Shown here piece after piece: positions 8,235 through 17,501 of a DNA stretch of 64,000 nt. The notes beneath the pieces were generated by a model. The model made no database searches, was not told where the DNA came from, and saw only the letters and a program-made list of their open reading frames with translations. This stretch comes from a virus, in the IMG/VR virus record IMGVR_UViG_3300021963_000051, positions 32,001-96,000 of that record; one strand, written 5' to 3'. The position numbers and the translations under genes were made by a program. How positions within the stretch are numbered: position 1 is the stretch's first letter; each line of letters starts with the position of its first letter.

Positions 8235-9089
8235 ATGAGAATAACTGAAATATTAAGTGAAAATCAAATTGACGAAGGATTCAAAGACGCCCTAGCAAAA
8301 GGAGTAGGTGGAGTAGCACAAGGTATTGGAGCCACAGCAGGTGGATTGGCAGGGGCTTGGGGACGTATGAAACAAGGTTATCAGGCAGGAAAAGCAGCCG
8401 TAGCTAATCCCGATGCTTACTTTGCTCAGCAAGACCAGCAGCCTATTGCAGCGAATACTGCTACAAATGCTTCTTCAACAACACCACCTACAGGTTCTGC
8501 TACAACACCTCCAGCAGGCGCTCCGGCACCAACTCCTGCTACAACTACAGCTCCTGCTCCTCAAGCCACGCCTGACGAATTACAAGACCTTAAGAATATT
8601 ATTGGAAAATTAAATCCTGATCAAAAACAAGACATAGCAGCACAATTGACCAAACCTGAAATACAACAACCTTCAGAGCCTGCAGCTACACCAGCTCCTG
8701 CAGCTACACCAGCTCCTGCAGGTACAAGTGTAGACATAGGACAGGTTAAACAACAAAGTGCTCAAAAGGCACAGGCAGCACAGGCTGACAAACAAACAGC
8801 TCAACAACAAATTGCCGCGACTCAAGCAGCTAATGCAGCAAAAGCCAAACAAGATGCGGCTGTAAAAGCAGCAAAGGACACTGCTATGGCAAAACCAGGA
8901 TTCCAACAGACAGCAGCGGACAAGTTAGCCATACAAAAAGCACAGCAAATGGGCATCAGAGAAGCAGTTAAGGAAAGCAAACAACCTAAAAAACCTGCTC
9001 CTAAACAACCAGCCAAGAAACCTGTTCCAGGTAAGAAGAAAAAAATAGTTGTAGAATTTAACAGTAAATTTTTAGGACAAAAGATTTAG
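8235..9089 (+). CDS. Ala/Pro/Gln-rich hypothetical protein, putative internal head protein
   Basis: N-terminus MRITEILSENQIDEG, Gly-rich amphipathic segment, low-complexity linker. Confidence 0.6.
   Translation: MRITEILSENQIDEGFKDALAKGVGGVAQGIGATAGGLAGAWGRMKQGYQAGKAAVANPDAYFAQQDQQPIAANTATNASSTTPPTGSATTPPAGAPAPTPATTTAPAPQATPDELQDLKNIIGKLNPDQKQDIAAQLTKPEIQQPSEPAATPAPAATPAPAGTSVDIGQVKQQSAQKAQAAQADKQTAQQQIAATQAANAAKAKQDAAVKAAKDTAMAKPGFQQTAADKLAIQKAQQMGIREAVKESKQPKKPAPKQPAKKPVPGKKKKIVVEFNSKFLGQKI
8679..8721 (+). repeat. 18-bp tandem repeat (CCTGCAGCTACACCAGCT x2.4) encoding PAATPA
   Basis: Exact copies at 8679-8696 and 8697-8714, plus a partial copy. Confidence 0.9.
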
Positions 9090-9304
9090 AAGAAAGGTAG
9101 TCCTGTTTCTTTAGTTGTGGCTAGATTAGCTTCTACAAGTTTACCAATAAGTTCTCTATCTTCTGGTGTTAATAAATGAGCCTGATTAAAATCTAATCCT
9201 CCCCTCATAAACCAACTTAATTTTAAGAGCTCCTCTTTTAAGGCTTTTGTATTTTTTTCATAGCTCTTTACTAGATCCTCGATTTCACTTACATCGAGGT
9301 ACAA
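9086..9304 (-). CDS. Small baseplate-hub/tail-assembly chaperone ORF (gp51-like), probably reached by -1 frameshift
   Basis: Only a TTG start with no well-spaced SD. It lies in the -1 frame of the slippery site at the end of the upstream gene. Confidence 0.55.
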   Translation of the reverse strand: MYLDVSEIEDLVKSYEKNTKALKEELLKLSWFMRGGLDFNQAHLLTPEDRELIGKLVEANLATTKETGLPFF

Positions 9305-9309
9305 AAGCC

Positions 9310-10173
9310 TTATACGAAAAAAGTTGCTGGATCAAAGGTTAGTGGAATTGTAATAGTTTCCCCTTGCGCTCCCTGTTCGCGCATTTGTTCAGTTACAGGT
9401 ATAGTTATAGGTTTGATTGTATTTTGTTCTTGAAGTTGTTGAATATGAGTTTGAATTATACTGAATATTTCTTTATCTGTGTTTTCGACAAATTCTCTAA
9501 TGAATTCTGGATTATCAACTGATCCTTCATTAGTATCAATTCTAAAAATGCTATTAGCTACCATACCTAATGTAACTTCTGTTAATTTTGAAAAACTGGT
9601 TTTAAAAATTTCCTGTTTTTGTTCTTCAGTTAACTTTTCATCATTCACAGCCTGCATTATCTTTTGTGTTTCAAAAGTTTGGATGGCATTTTTTGTCATT
9701 TCTTTATAAAACAACGGTCTAACATACACAGTCATATTTTCATGAACAGGTATAACTGTATTCCAGGATACATTATTTAGAATATCGTCCATAACAAGTC
9801 TTAGATCGACTTGATAATCATATTCTATATCTTCACTAATCTTCACAGGCGTAGACATCATTTCACCATAGGTAGCTAGCCTGATTGACAGCAGTAATAA
9901 ATCTAAATCAATGCTAGGGACGTACCAAGCATTTTTTATAGATGGGATACAATGTTGAATAACATCTACCACTGCTTGACCATTCATTAAGGCATCAGGA
10001 ATATTGAGTAATAATTCATCTTTAGCTGTCATACTATATACAGCAATCTGTTGATTTTCGGGCAAATCTAAAGTACCGTCGGGCCAAAATTGACCTTGAC
10101 TAGGTAAACTGATATATACCTTAGGCTGACGCATGAAAGATGTCAGCGGATTTTTAACCATATTTTGAACCAT
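9310..10173 (-). CDS. Baseplate hub assembly protein (T4 gp26-like)
   Basis: RQPKVYISLPSQG, MTAKDELLL, DLDLLLLSIRLATYGE; ends in FFV. Start at 10173 has a GGAG RBS and a minus-strand TATAAATA at 10211-10218. Confidence 0.7.
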   Translation of the reverse strand: MVQNMVKNPLTSFMRQPKVYISLPSQGQFWPDGTLDLPENQQIAVYSMTAKDELLLNIPDALMNGQAVVDVIQHCIPSIKNAWYVPSIDLDLLLLSIRLATYGEMMSTPVKISEDIEYDYQVDLRLVMDDILNNVSWNTVIPVHENMTVYVRPLFYKEMTKNAIQTFETQKIMQAVNDEKLTEEQKQEIFKTSFSKLTEVTLGMVANSIFRIDTNEGSVDNPEFIREFVENTDKEIFSIIQTHIQQLQEQNTIKPITIPVTEQMREQGAQGETITIPLTFDPATFFV

Positions 10174-10185
10174 CTGCAACTCCGA

Positions 10186-10218
10186 TAAATAAGTTGTACC
10201 CCTGTGGATATATTTATA
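10186..10218. promoter_or_regulatory. Crossed divergent late promoters
   Basis: Plus-strand TAAATA at 10186-10191 (tape measure) and minus-strand TATAAATA at 10211-10218 (gp26-like). Confidence 0.65.
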
Positions 10219-10241
10219 TACTAACATAACCGGCAAAAATA

Positions 10242-12599
10242 ATGGCAGACGTAACTGGACGAATAGGTGGAGAAGATGTAGTTCTTAATAATGCAGCCAC
10301 TGAGGCTACGTTAAAACTCTTGCTTCAAGCCACAATGGCTGCAAATAAGCAGAGCCTGAGCACCATTCAAAATCTAGCTCAAAAAAGCGGGCTCAGTCCG
10401 GAAGCAGTACAGGCAGCTAATTCTGCTCTTAATCAAACGCAAGCGGCTGGCAGTAAAGTAGGTAAAGCCTTTGAAGCACTGGGATTTGTAGCAGGTGCTC
10501 TCAGCAGTACATTTCGAGAAGCAGCCAACTTAGGTGAAAAGATTGCCAGCGGAACGTCGCAGGCTAGTGATGTATTCAATAGTTTTAGTAAGATTAGCGG
10601 GCCAGTTGGGGTTGTAGCAGGACTGTTTCAAAAGATGTCGCAATTCCAACAGGATCAGTTGGCTAACTATCAGGAATTATCTAAGGTCGGTATATCATTT
10701 GGCGGTAGTCTAACTGATTTAAGAATGCAGGCTAGCCTCACCTATATGACCATGGGTGAATTTAATAATGTTGTAAAGACCAACGGTGAGACCTTTGCTC
10801 GAATGGGAATTACGGCAAATGAAGGTGCTAAGGCGTTCGTTAGACTGAGCAATGAATTATTAAAAAGTCAAGCGGGAACCAATCTTCAGGCATTAGGTTA
10901 CACTACTCAAGAAGTAAATCAAGGCATGTTAAATTACATATCTATGACAGGTGGTAGAACACGCCAAGAAATGCAGGATCAAAAGGCATTAACAGCGGGC
11001 ACAGTAACTTATCTGCAGGAACTAGATCAGCTGGCGCAGATAACAGGTAAAAACAGACAGGAGATGGAAAAGAAGCTTCAGGAAGAAATGAATGAGGCAG
11101 AATTTCAATTATTTTTAGGATCTAAGTCTAGAGAAGAACGAGAAGCCATTGAACAAAATGTCAAGAGAGCTACAGCTCTCTATGGAAAAGGCGGAGCAGA
11201 TATCGCCAAGGCTAACGCAATGGGAGTGGCAACACAAGGAGAAGCAGGTAAGAAACTTGAAGCGGTAAGTTCTGATACTGCCGAAGCTGTTCGTCGCGAT
11301 TTGGAATTAAGAAAACAATACGGAGCAGATAGTAAACAAGTACAAGACAATGAGATAGCAGGTAGAAAAGCCAATGCTAAGAGTATGGGGGAACTAGCCG
11401 GTCCTGTTGGATATTACAGCGGTATTTTGAAAGATAACGGCGATGCTGTAAAACAAGCCAATAAAGATAGGCTGCTAGCAGACGGTGAAATAGAAGAACA
11501 ATATAGTAAACAAGCTAAAGAACGAGAAGAAAGAGAAAAAAGTCAAGCCAAGTCTGCTGTAGAAACTAAAAAGGCTCTTGATGAATTAGGACAAGAAATA
11601 CTAGCGGCTACATTACCTGTAATAGAAGCCTTTAGTCCTTTAATAAAAACTTTTATTACAGGACTTACTGGACTACTTACTCCTGTGGCTAAATTGGCAC
11701 AGGCAATTACTCAAAGTGAAGTTTTAATGGGTGTACTTAAGACAGCAGTAATAGGTTTGACTGCTGTCTTTGTTGCTGCTAAGGTGGCTCAATTAGGTAA
11801 AACGGTGGCTACGGGTGTTGGAAACATCTTTAAAAGTGGTACAAATATAGCGTCAGGCGCCATTGAAGGATTTAAGAAAGGCGGCATAAAGGGAGCATTA
11901 GCTGGAGGATTATCTGCAGGAGTAGGAGAAGCTACCGGAGCACTAGCAGGTCCTTTAGGGTCAACACCCCAAAATCCAATGTACGTATCTATAGTATCGG
12001 GTGGAGCAGGTGGCGGTGTTTTTGATCAACTGATAGATAAGTTAGGTCCCAAAGGCGGTGGTGGCAGCAAAATAGGAGATCTAGCTGGAAAAATTGGAGA
12101 AAAATTAAGCGGTGGACCCGGTGGTAGCCTTGTAGAAAAAATAGCAGGTAAAGTAGGTGGATCCCAAGGCCTTAGTAAAATACTAGGAGGTGCTGGATCA
12201 TTGTTAGGCAAAGTAGCTGCGCCTTTAGCTATAGGAATGACAGCCTATGATGCCTTCAAAGGATTTACAGCAGATAAAAACGCCAGCTTCGGAGATAAAA
12301 TGATGAACGCTGGTAGTAGTGCATTAAATGGACTGACCTTTGGATTATTAGGTTCTAGTCCGGAAGAAATAGCGGCTAAGGCTACAAAGTCTAAAGAAAA
12401 GGAAGAAGTATCTGAATCTACTCAATCAGAAAAAGAAAAGTCAGCCAATCAACAATCTATAGAATCTCTAGCAGAAGAAATAAGTGACCTTAACAAAATT
12501 ATGACAGAATTGTTAAAACATACAAAAGATATGGCTGAATATAGTAGGAGAACTAGTGATGGTGTGAAATCACTTAATCCAAACTTATTCCCAAGTTAA
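10242..12599 (+). CDS. Tail tape measure protein
   Basis: 785 aa, helical Ala/Gln/Glu-rich first half, hydrophobic segment and Gly-rich C-terminal half; adjacent to the hub/chaperone genes. Confidence 0.7.
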   Translation: MADVTGRIGGEDVVLNNAATEATLKLLLQATMAANKQSLSTIQNLAQKSGLSPEAVQAANSALNQTQAAGSKVGKAFEALGFVAGALSSTFREAANLGEKIASGTSQASDVFNSFSKISGPVGVVAGLFQKMSQFQQDQLANYQELSKVGISFGGSLTDLRMQASLTYMTMGEFNNVVKTNGETFARMGITANEGAKAFVRLSNELLKSQAGTNLQALGYTTQEVNQGMLNYISMTGGRTRQEMQDQKALTAGTVTYLQELDQLAQITGKNRQEMEKKLQEEMNEAEFQLFLGSKSREEREAIEQNVKRATALYGKGGADIAKANAMGVATQGEAGKKLEAVSSDTAEAVRRDLELRKQYGADSKQVQDNEIAGRKANAKSMGELAGPVGYYSGILKDNGDAVKQANKDRLLADGEIEEQYSKQAKEREEREKSQAKSAVETKKALDELGQEILAATLPVIEAFSPLIKTFITGLTGLLTPVAKLAQAITQSEVLMGVLKTAVIGLTAVFVAAKVAQLGKTVATGVGNIFKSGTNIASGAIEGFKKGGIKGALAGGLSAGVGEATGALAGPLGSTPQNPMYVSIVSGGAGGGVFDQLIDKLGPKGGGGSKIGDLAGKIGEKLSGGPGGSLVEKIAGKVGGSQGLSKILGGAGSLLGKVAAPLAIGMTAYDAFKGFTADKNASFGDKMMNAGSSALNGLTFGLLGSSPEEIAAKATKSKEKEEVSESTQSEKEKSANQQSIESLAEEISDLNKIMTELLKHTKDMAEYSRRTSDGVKSLNPNLFPS

Positions 12600-12601
12600 A
12601 G

Positions 12602-12607
12602 TAAATA
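12602..12607 (+). promoter_or_regulatory. Late promoter, leaderless portal transcript
   Basis: TAAATA ends 4 nt before ATG 12612. Confidence 0.6.
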
Positions 12608-12611
12608 CTAT

Positions 12612-14330
12612 ATGTCATGGAAAAAATATTTTACGCCTGTTAAACAACAGGGAGGTACACTAAGTGTTATAAGTGGAACTTCAGGTTACCATACTAACCC
12701 AGCACACAGAAACTACTCTAGCTATCTCCCAGATGTATATTCTGGTCATCCTAATCGTTTAGAACGTTACGGTCAATACGACACTATGGATAGTGACAGT
12801 GAAGTTAATGCGGCATTAGACATCTTAGCCGAATTTTGTTCCCAACAAAATGAAGAAAATGGAACTCCGTTTAGAGTATTCTTTAAAGATCAGGCAACTA
12901 ATGCTGAGATAACAGTCATAAAAAAATATCTACAGCAATGGTCAAAATTAAACAAGTTTCAATTAAGAATTTTTAAAATTGTTCGTAATGCTTTTAAGTA
13001 TGGAGATGCTTTTTTTGTAAGAGATCCTGAAACGCAAAGTTGGTTATTTGTCGATTCTGCAAAAGTTGATAAAATTATTGTAAATGAATCAGAAGGTAAA
13101 AAACCTGAACAATATTTTATTAGAGATTGGAATCCTAATTTAGAGACTTTGGCAACTACTGCTATAAATCCTAGTAATGTTACAGGAGGGGGTAGTCAGT
13201 ATGCAAGTTCCTATGCTGGAAATGCAGGAGGAGCTGGCTATAGTAGAGGAATGACTGGTGCTTTCCCTACAAACATTTCCGGTACACGGTTTGATAAACA
13301 TCAAAATCAATTTGCTATAGATGCTAAACATGTAATTCATATAAGCATGAGTGAAGGATTAGATAATAATTATCCCTTCGGAACAAGTTTATTGGAAAGC
13401 ATCTTTAAAGTTTATAAGCAAAAGGAATTACTAGAAGATGCGATTATTATATATCGTATTCAACGAGCTCCAGAACGTCGTGTATTTTACATTGATGTAG
13501 GTAATATGCCTAGTCATATTGCTATGAGTTTTGTAGAACGAGTTAAGAACGAAGTTAATCAGCGTAGAATTCCTAGTATAACTGGCGGAAGTCAGTCAGT
13601 GATTGATGCTGGTTACAATCCATTATCTATTAATGAAGACTATTTCTTTCCGCAGACAGCAGAAGGTAGAGGATCAAAGGTAGAAGTATTGCCTGGTGGG
13701 ACCAATTTAGGAGAAATCGATGATCTCAAATACTTTACCAATAAGTTATTCCGTGCTTTGCGCATACCTAGCAGCTACCTACCTACAGGCCCAGATGATG
13801 GAGGTAGTAATTTCAACGATGGAAGAGTTGGAACTGCTTATATTCAAGAACTTAGATTTAACAAATATTGCGAACGATTACAAAGTTTAATAAATGAACA
13901 ATTTGATACAGAATTTAAATTGTTTATTCACAATAAAGGACTAAATGTAGATCCTAATTTATTTGATATTAAATTTAATCCACCGCAAAATTTCGCTGCC
14001 TACCGTCAAGCAGAAATGGATACTGCCCGAGTAAACACATTTAATACAATGGTAGCTATACCATTTGTTAGTAAGAGATTTGCTATGAAACGTTTCTTAG
14101 GTATGACTGCAGAAGAAGTTGCCGAAAACGAACGTATGTGGAAAGAAGAAAATATCGATATTGGTACAGAACTTCCTGCTACTGCTGAACTTAGAAGTGT
14201 GGGTGTAACCAATGCCGGGATTACCAATGATTTAAGCAATATTAGCGGAGCAACGACCCCGCCTCCTCCTACTGCTAATGCTCCTGAGGCAGGCGCTGCA
14301 ACCGCAGCACAACCAGAACCTACTGTATAA
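12612..14330 (+). CDS. gp20: Portal vertex protein
   Basis: LLEDAIIIYRIQRAPERRVFYIDVGNMP, EDYFFP, LPGGTNLGEIDDLKYF: T4-type portal signature. Confidence 0.95.
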   Translation: MSWKKYFTPVKQQGGTLSVISGTSGYHTNPAHRNYSSYLPDVYSGHPNRLERYGQYDTMDSDSEVNAALDILAEFCSQQNEENGTPFRVFFKDQATNAEITVIKKYLQQWSKLNKFQLRIFKIVRNAFKYGDAFFVRDPETQSWLFVDSAKVDKIIVNESEGKKPEQYFIRDWNPNLETLATTAINPSNVTGGGSQYASSYAGNAGGAGYSRGMTGAFPTNISGTRFDKHQNQFAIDAKHVIHISMSEGLDNNYPFGTSLLESIFKVYKQKELLEDAIIIYRIQRAPERRVFYIDVGNMPSHIAMSFVERVKNEVNQRRIPSITGGSQSVIDAGYNPLSINEDYFFPQTAEGRGSKVEVLPGGTNLGEIDDLKYFTNKLFRALRIPSSYLPTGPDDGGSNFNDGRVGTAYIQELRFNKYCERLQSLINEQFDTEFKLFIHNKGLNVDPNLFDIKFNPPQNFAAYRQAEMDTARVNTFNTMVAIPFVSKRFAMKRFLGMTAEEVAENERMWKEENIDIGTELPATAELRSVGVTNAGITNDLSNISGATTPPPPTANAPEAGAATAAQPEPTV

Positions 14331-14333
14331 ATA
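14326..14333 (+). promoter_or_regulatory. Late promoter TATAAATA
   Basis: Perfect consensus ending 5 nt before ATG 14339. Confidence 0.7.
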
Positions 14334-14338
14334 TTCTT

Positions 14339-14578
14339 ATGTTTTTAAGAGAATTTATATATTTCAACAATAAGACTCCTAACATGGTGGATGATGGCCG
14401 CTACCTATCTGATAATGATTCTTCTATTCTAAACCCTGACGATTTAAGAAAAACAAGATTAACATTAAAAATGTTAAAAGAACTTAGATTAGCAGGTGAA
14501 GCCAGAGAAAAAGAATATAAAGAAGAAATGGGCCTTGTTAGAAAAATGTATGCTGTTCCTCCCCCCCAACCTACTTAA
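14339..14578 (+). CDS. Small hypothetical head-module protein
   Basis: 79 aa between portal and prohead core genes, with its own late promoter. Confidence 0.65.
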   Translation: MFLREFIYFNNKTPNMVDDGRYLSDNDSSILNPDDLRKTRLTLKMLKELRLAGEAREKEYKEEMGLVRKMYAVPPPQPT

Positions 14579-14692
14579 AATTAATTTTTTTATTCAAAAA
14601 TGCCTATTTTAGGCCTATTTTCTACCGAGTTTTTAATCAATTTGTAAATATCCTTACAGCCTTGCCGCTACCATTTAAGGAGAATACAAGTC

Positions 14693-15727
14693 ATGACGAA
14701 GTTTGAACAACTTCTAGACTACATTGTGAACGAAGAACATGATAAGGCCAATGAGCTTTTCCATGAAATCGTTGTAGAAAAATCTAGAGAAATTTACGAA
14801 AATTTAATTGCTGAAGAAGAAGATGAAGAAATGGATGAAACTGCTGATGAAGAAGCAGATGAATCCGTAGATGAAGCAGCCGATGAGGAAATGGATGAGT
14901 CCGATGAAGAAATGGATGAATCTGCTGACGAAGATATGGATGAAGCAGCCGATGAAGAAGCAGACGAAAGTATGGATCTAGAAGATTCATATATGATGGA
15001 CGGTGATGACGAAGAACCAATGGGCGGTATGGACGACATGGGCGGTGACGCTACAGATGATCTAGAAGGTGATGTCAGTGCTGACAGTCCAGAAGAAGAA
15101 TTAAAGATGAGCATTAAAAATGCTATGGCAGAATTACAAGCAGCATTCGATGCAGCTAAGGATATATCTGGCAACAGTATGAGCGGTGATGATGAATTTG
15201 CTGCGGGTGCTGACGATGAAATGGGTTCAGACGATGATGAAAAATTAGAAATGATGGGTTTTATGGAAGGTCGTCGCTTGACTCGCGAATATGTTGAAAA
15301 AGTAGGAAATGACTGGGATAAAGGTAGTAACATGAAGCAGCAGGCCAAGCACGTAGGTGCAGGTTCTGGTGATACTGAAAGCGCTCCAGTAGAAGGTCGT
15401 AGCCCAATTAGCAGCGGTTCAGGAAAGCCTAACACAGGTGCTAATGCTAAAAACCTAAATCAAAGCCATCACGAAGGCGGTAGCCCAACTGGTACAAGTC
15501 CAGCAGGAAAAGCCGGCGGATTCTTAAGCAATGCTAAAGAGGACAACGGTGGTAACGGAAACGTCCCTGGTGGAAAGATGGGTGTAAAGAATCTTAAGAA
15601 GGTCAGCGGGGGTCACGGTGCTGAAAAGAAAGGTTCTGGTCCAGGTCCGGTAGGTTCAGGAACAGGTGATAAAGCAGGTCAAACAAGCATGGGTAACCAA
15701 GCACAATTGATTAAGCATATCAAGTAA
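14693..15727 (+). CDS. Acidic prohead core/internal protein (gp67/gp68 position)
   Basis: Very acidic N-half with DEEMDE(S/A) repeats, Gly/Lys-rich C-half, strong AAGGAG RBS, late promoter at 14645-14650; lies just upstream of the protease. Confidence 0.65.
   Translation: MTKFEQLLDYIVNEEHDKANELFHEIVVEKSREIYENLIAEEEDEEMDETADEEADESVDEAADEEMDESDEEMDESADEDMDEAADEEADESMDLEDSYMMDGDDEEPMGGMDDMGGDATDDLEGDVSADSPEEELKMSIKNAMAELQAAFDAAKDISGNSMSGDDEFAAGADDEMGSDDDEKLEMMGFMEGRRLTREYVEKVGNDWDKGSNMKQQAKHVGAGSGDTESAPVEGRSPISSGSGKPNTGANAKNLNQSHHEGGSPTGTSPAGKAGGFLSNAKEDNGGNGNVPGGKMGVKNLKKVSGGHGAEKKGSGPGPVGSGTGDKAGQTSMGNQAQLIKHIK
14822..14977 (+). repeat. Degenerate coding tandem repeats (GATGAAGAAATGGATGAA...) encoding DEEMDE(S/T/A)A
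   Basis: About 6 imperfect 21-36 bp units. Confidence 0.8.
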
Positions 15728-15740
15728 ATAGAGAATTTGG

Positions 15741-16370
15741 ATGAAATTAACTTACCTACGTGAGCATTTAAGTTTTGATCAAGCTCAAGCTGTTTTGGAA
15801 AGCGATGACAAAGAAGGTCGTAATCTTTACCTAAAGGGCATTGCTATTCAAGGTGGTATTCGTAATGCTAATCAACGGATATATCCAGTTGATGAAATTG
15901 AGAGTGCAGTAAAAACGTTAAATGATCAAATACAAAGTGGTTACAGTGTTTTAGGTGAAGTAGATCATCCAGATGACCTAAAAGTAAATTTGGATCGTGT
16001 CAGCCACATGATTACACAAATGTGGATGGAAGGTCCTAATGGATATGGGAAGATGAAAATTCTTCCCACTCCCATGGGCAACTTGGTTCGGACTATGTTA
16101 GAAAGCGGTGTAAAACTTGGTGTTAGTTCAAGAGGCAGCGGAAACGTTGATGATTATTCTGGCAAAGTATCCGATTTTGAAATCATTACAGTCGACATAG
16201 TAGCCCAACCAAGCGCCCCAGGTGCTTACCCCACTCCTGTTTATGAGCATTTGATGAATATGAGAGGTGGAAGTAAGGCATTAAAGGTAGCACAAGAAGT
16301 TAAAGAAGATCCAAAGGCCCAGAAATATTTGAAGGAAAGTCTCCTTCAGATCATCAAAGGTCTAAAATAA
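15741..16370 (+). CDS. gp21: Prohead protease
   Basis: NANQRIYP, LGEVDHP, GVSSRGSG, DIVAQPSAPGAY (His/Ser/Asp motifs). Confidence 0.95.
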   Translation: MKLTYLREHLSFDQAQAVLESDDKEGRNLYLKGIAIQGGIRNANQRIYPVDEIESAVKTLNDQIQSGYSVLGEVDHPDDLKVNLDRVSHMITQMWMEGPNGYGKMKILPTPMGNLVRTMLESGVKLGVSSRGSGNVDDYSGKVSDFEIITVDIVAQPSAPGAYPTPVYEHLMNMRGGSKALKVAQEVKEDPKAQKYLKESLLQIIKGLK

Positions 16371-16388
16371 GCCCGAGGAGAAATATAA

Positions 16389-17480
16389 ATGTTGGACGCA
16401 TTCAAAAAATTAGTTGAAAGTGGAGCGATTTCGGAAGATGTAAGTTCCGAATTACAATCTGCTTTTGATACTAAGCTTCAAGAGAATCGCGACCAAGTTA
16501 CTGCTGAACTTCGTGAAGAATTCGCTAAGAAATACAACCATGATAAGTCTCTTATGGTTGAAGCGATCGACAAGATGTTAAGTGACAGATTGGCCGCAGA
16601 AATGGCTGAGTTATATGAAGACAAAAAAGCACTAGCCGAAGTAAAAGCGCAATACACAAGACGTATTAGCGAAGATGCCAGAAAGCTAGAAGGATTTGTA
16701 ATCAAACAACTAGGCAAAGAACTCGTAGAATTTCAAGGTGATAGAAGGAAAGTATCTGAGAATTTTGCGAAATTAGAACAATTTGTTGTACATGCTTTGG
16801 CAAAAGAAATAAACGAATTTGCTATTGACAAGCGTGATTTAGCTGAAACTAAAGTAAGACTTATTAGAGATGCAAAAATTAAATTTGAAGATATTAAATC
16901 TAAGTTTATTAGTCAAAGTGCGAAAATTGTAGAAAATGTTGTAAAAGAAAAATTATCTTCTGAAATTTCACAATTGAGAGAAGACATAGAAAGTGCTCGT
17001 AATAATGATTTTGGTCGTAGAATTTACGAAGCATTTGCGCAAGAATATGCCGGTTCATATCTAAATGAAAAGTCTGAGACAAGCAAGTTGTTAAAGATAA
17101 TTCAGAAAAAGGATCAAGAACTAGCAGAAGCACAAGAGGCTATAGCTGTTAAACAAACTCTAGCTGAATCTAAGGACCGCGAATTGCGTGTTACTAAAGA
17201 TTTAATGGAACGTAAACATGCTATGTCCGAATTGCTGGCACCATTAGGTGCTGATAAAAGGGAGCTGATGCATACGCTTCTTGAGTCTGTACAGACAAAA
17301 GATCTTGCAAAAGCATATGAGAAATACCTACCAACAGTAATGGAAGGCGAAACAAGAAAAGTAGAAAAGAAAACTACTCTTAAGGAAAGCACTGAAGTGA
17401 CTGGAAATCGTGAAGCAAAGCCCGAGGTAGGCTTCGACAACATTATTGATATCCGCAAACTTGCGGGGTTGTCAAAATAA
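16389..17480 (+). CDS. gp22: Prohead scaffolding protein
   Basis: Coiled-coil Glu/Lys-rich protein between protease and capsid genes; GAGGAG RBS. Confidence 0.8.
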   Translation: MLDAFKKLVESGAISEDVSSELQSAFDTKLQENRDQVTAELREEFAKKYNHDKSLMVEAIDKMLSDRLAAEMAELYEDKKALAEVKAQYTRRISEDARKLEGFVIKQLGKELVEFQGDRRKVSENFAKLEQFVVHALAKEINEFAIDKRDLAETKVRLIRDAKIKFEDIKSKFISQSAKIVENVVKEKLSSEISQLREDIESARNNDFGRRIYEAFAQEYAGSYLNEKSETSKLLKIIQKKDQELAEAQEAIAVKQTLAESKDRELRVTKDLMERKHAMSELLAPLGADKRELMHTLLESVQTKDLAKAYEKYLPTVMEGETRKVEKKTTLKESTEVTGNREAKPEVGFDNIIDIRKLAGLSK

Positions 17481-17501
17481 TATTCAAGGAGAAGACATAA
17501 A

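Noticed and set aside
14794-15435. 213-aa Ser-rich antisense ORF, and the other short antisense or alternate-frame ORFs in the track
   Set aside because: They are shadows of biased or repetitive codons on the coding strand, with no RBS, promoter or recognisable motifs.
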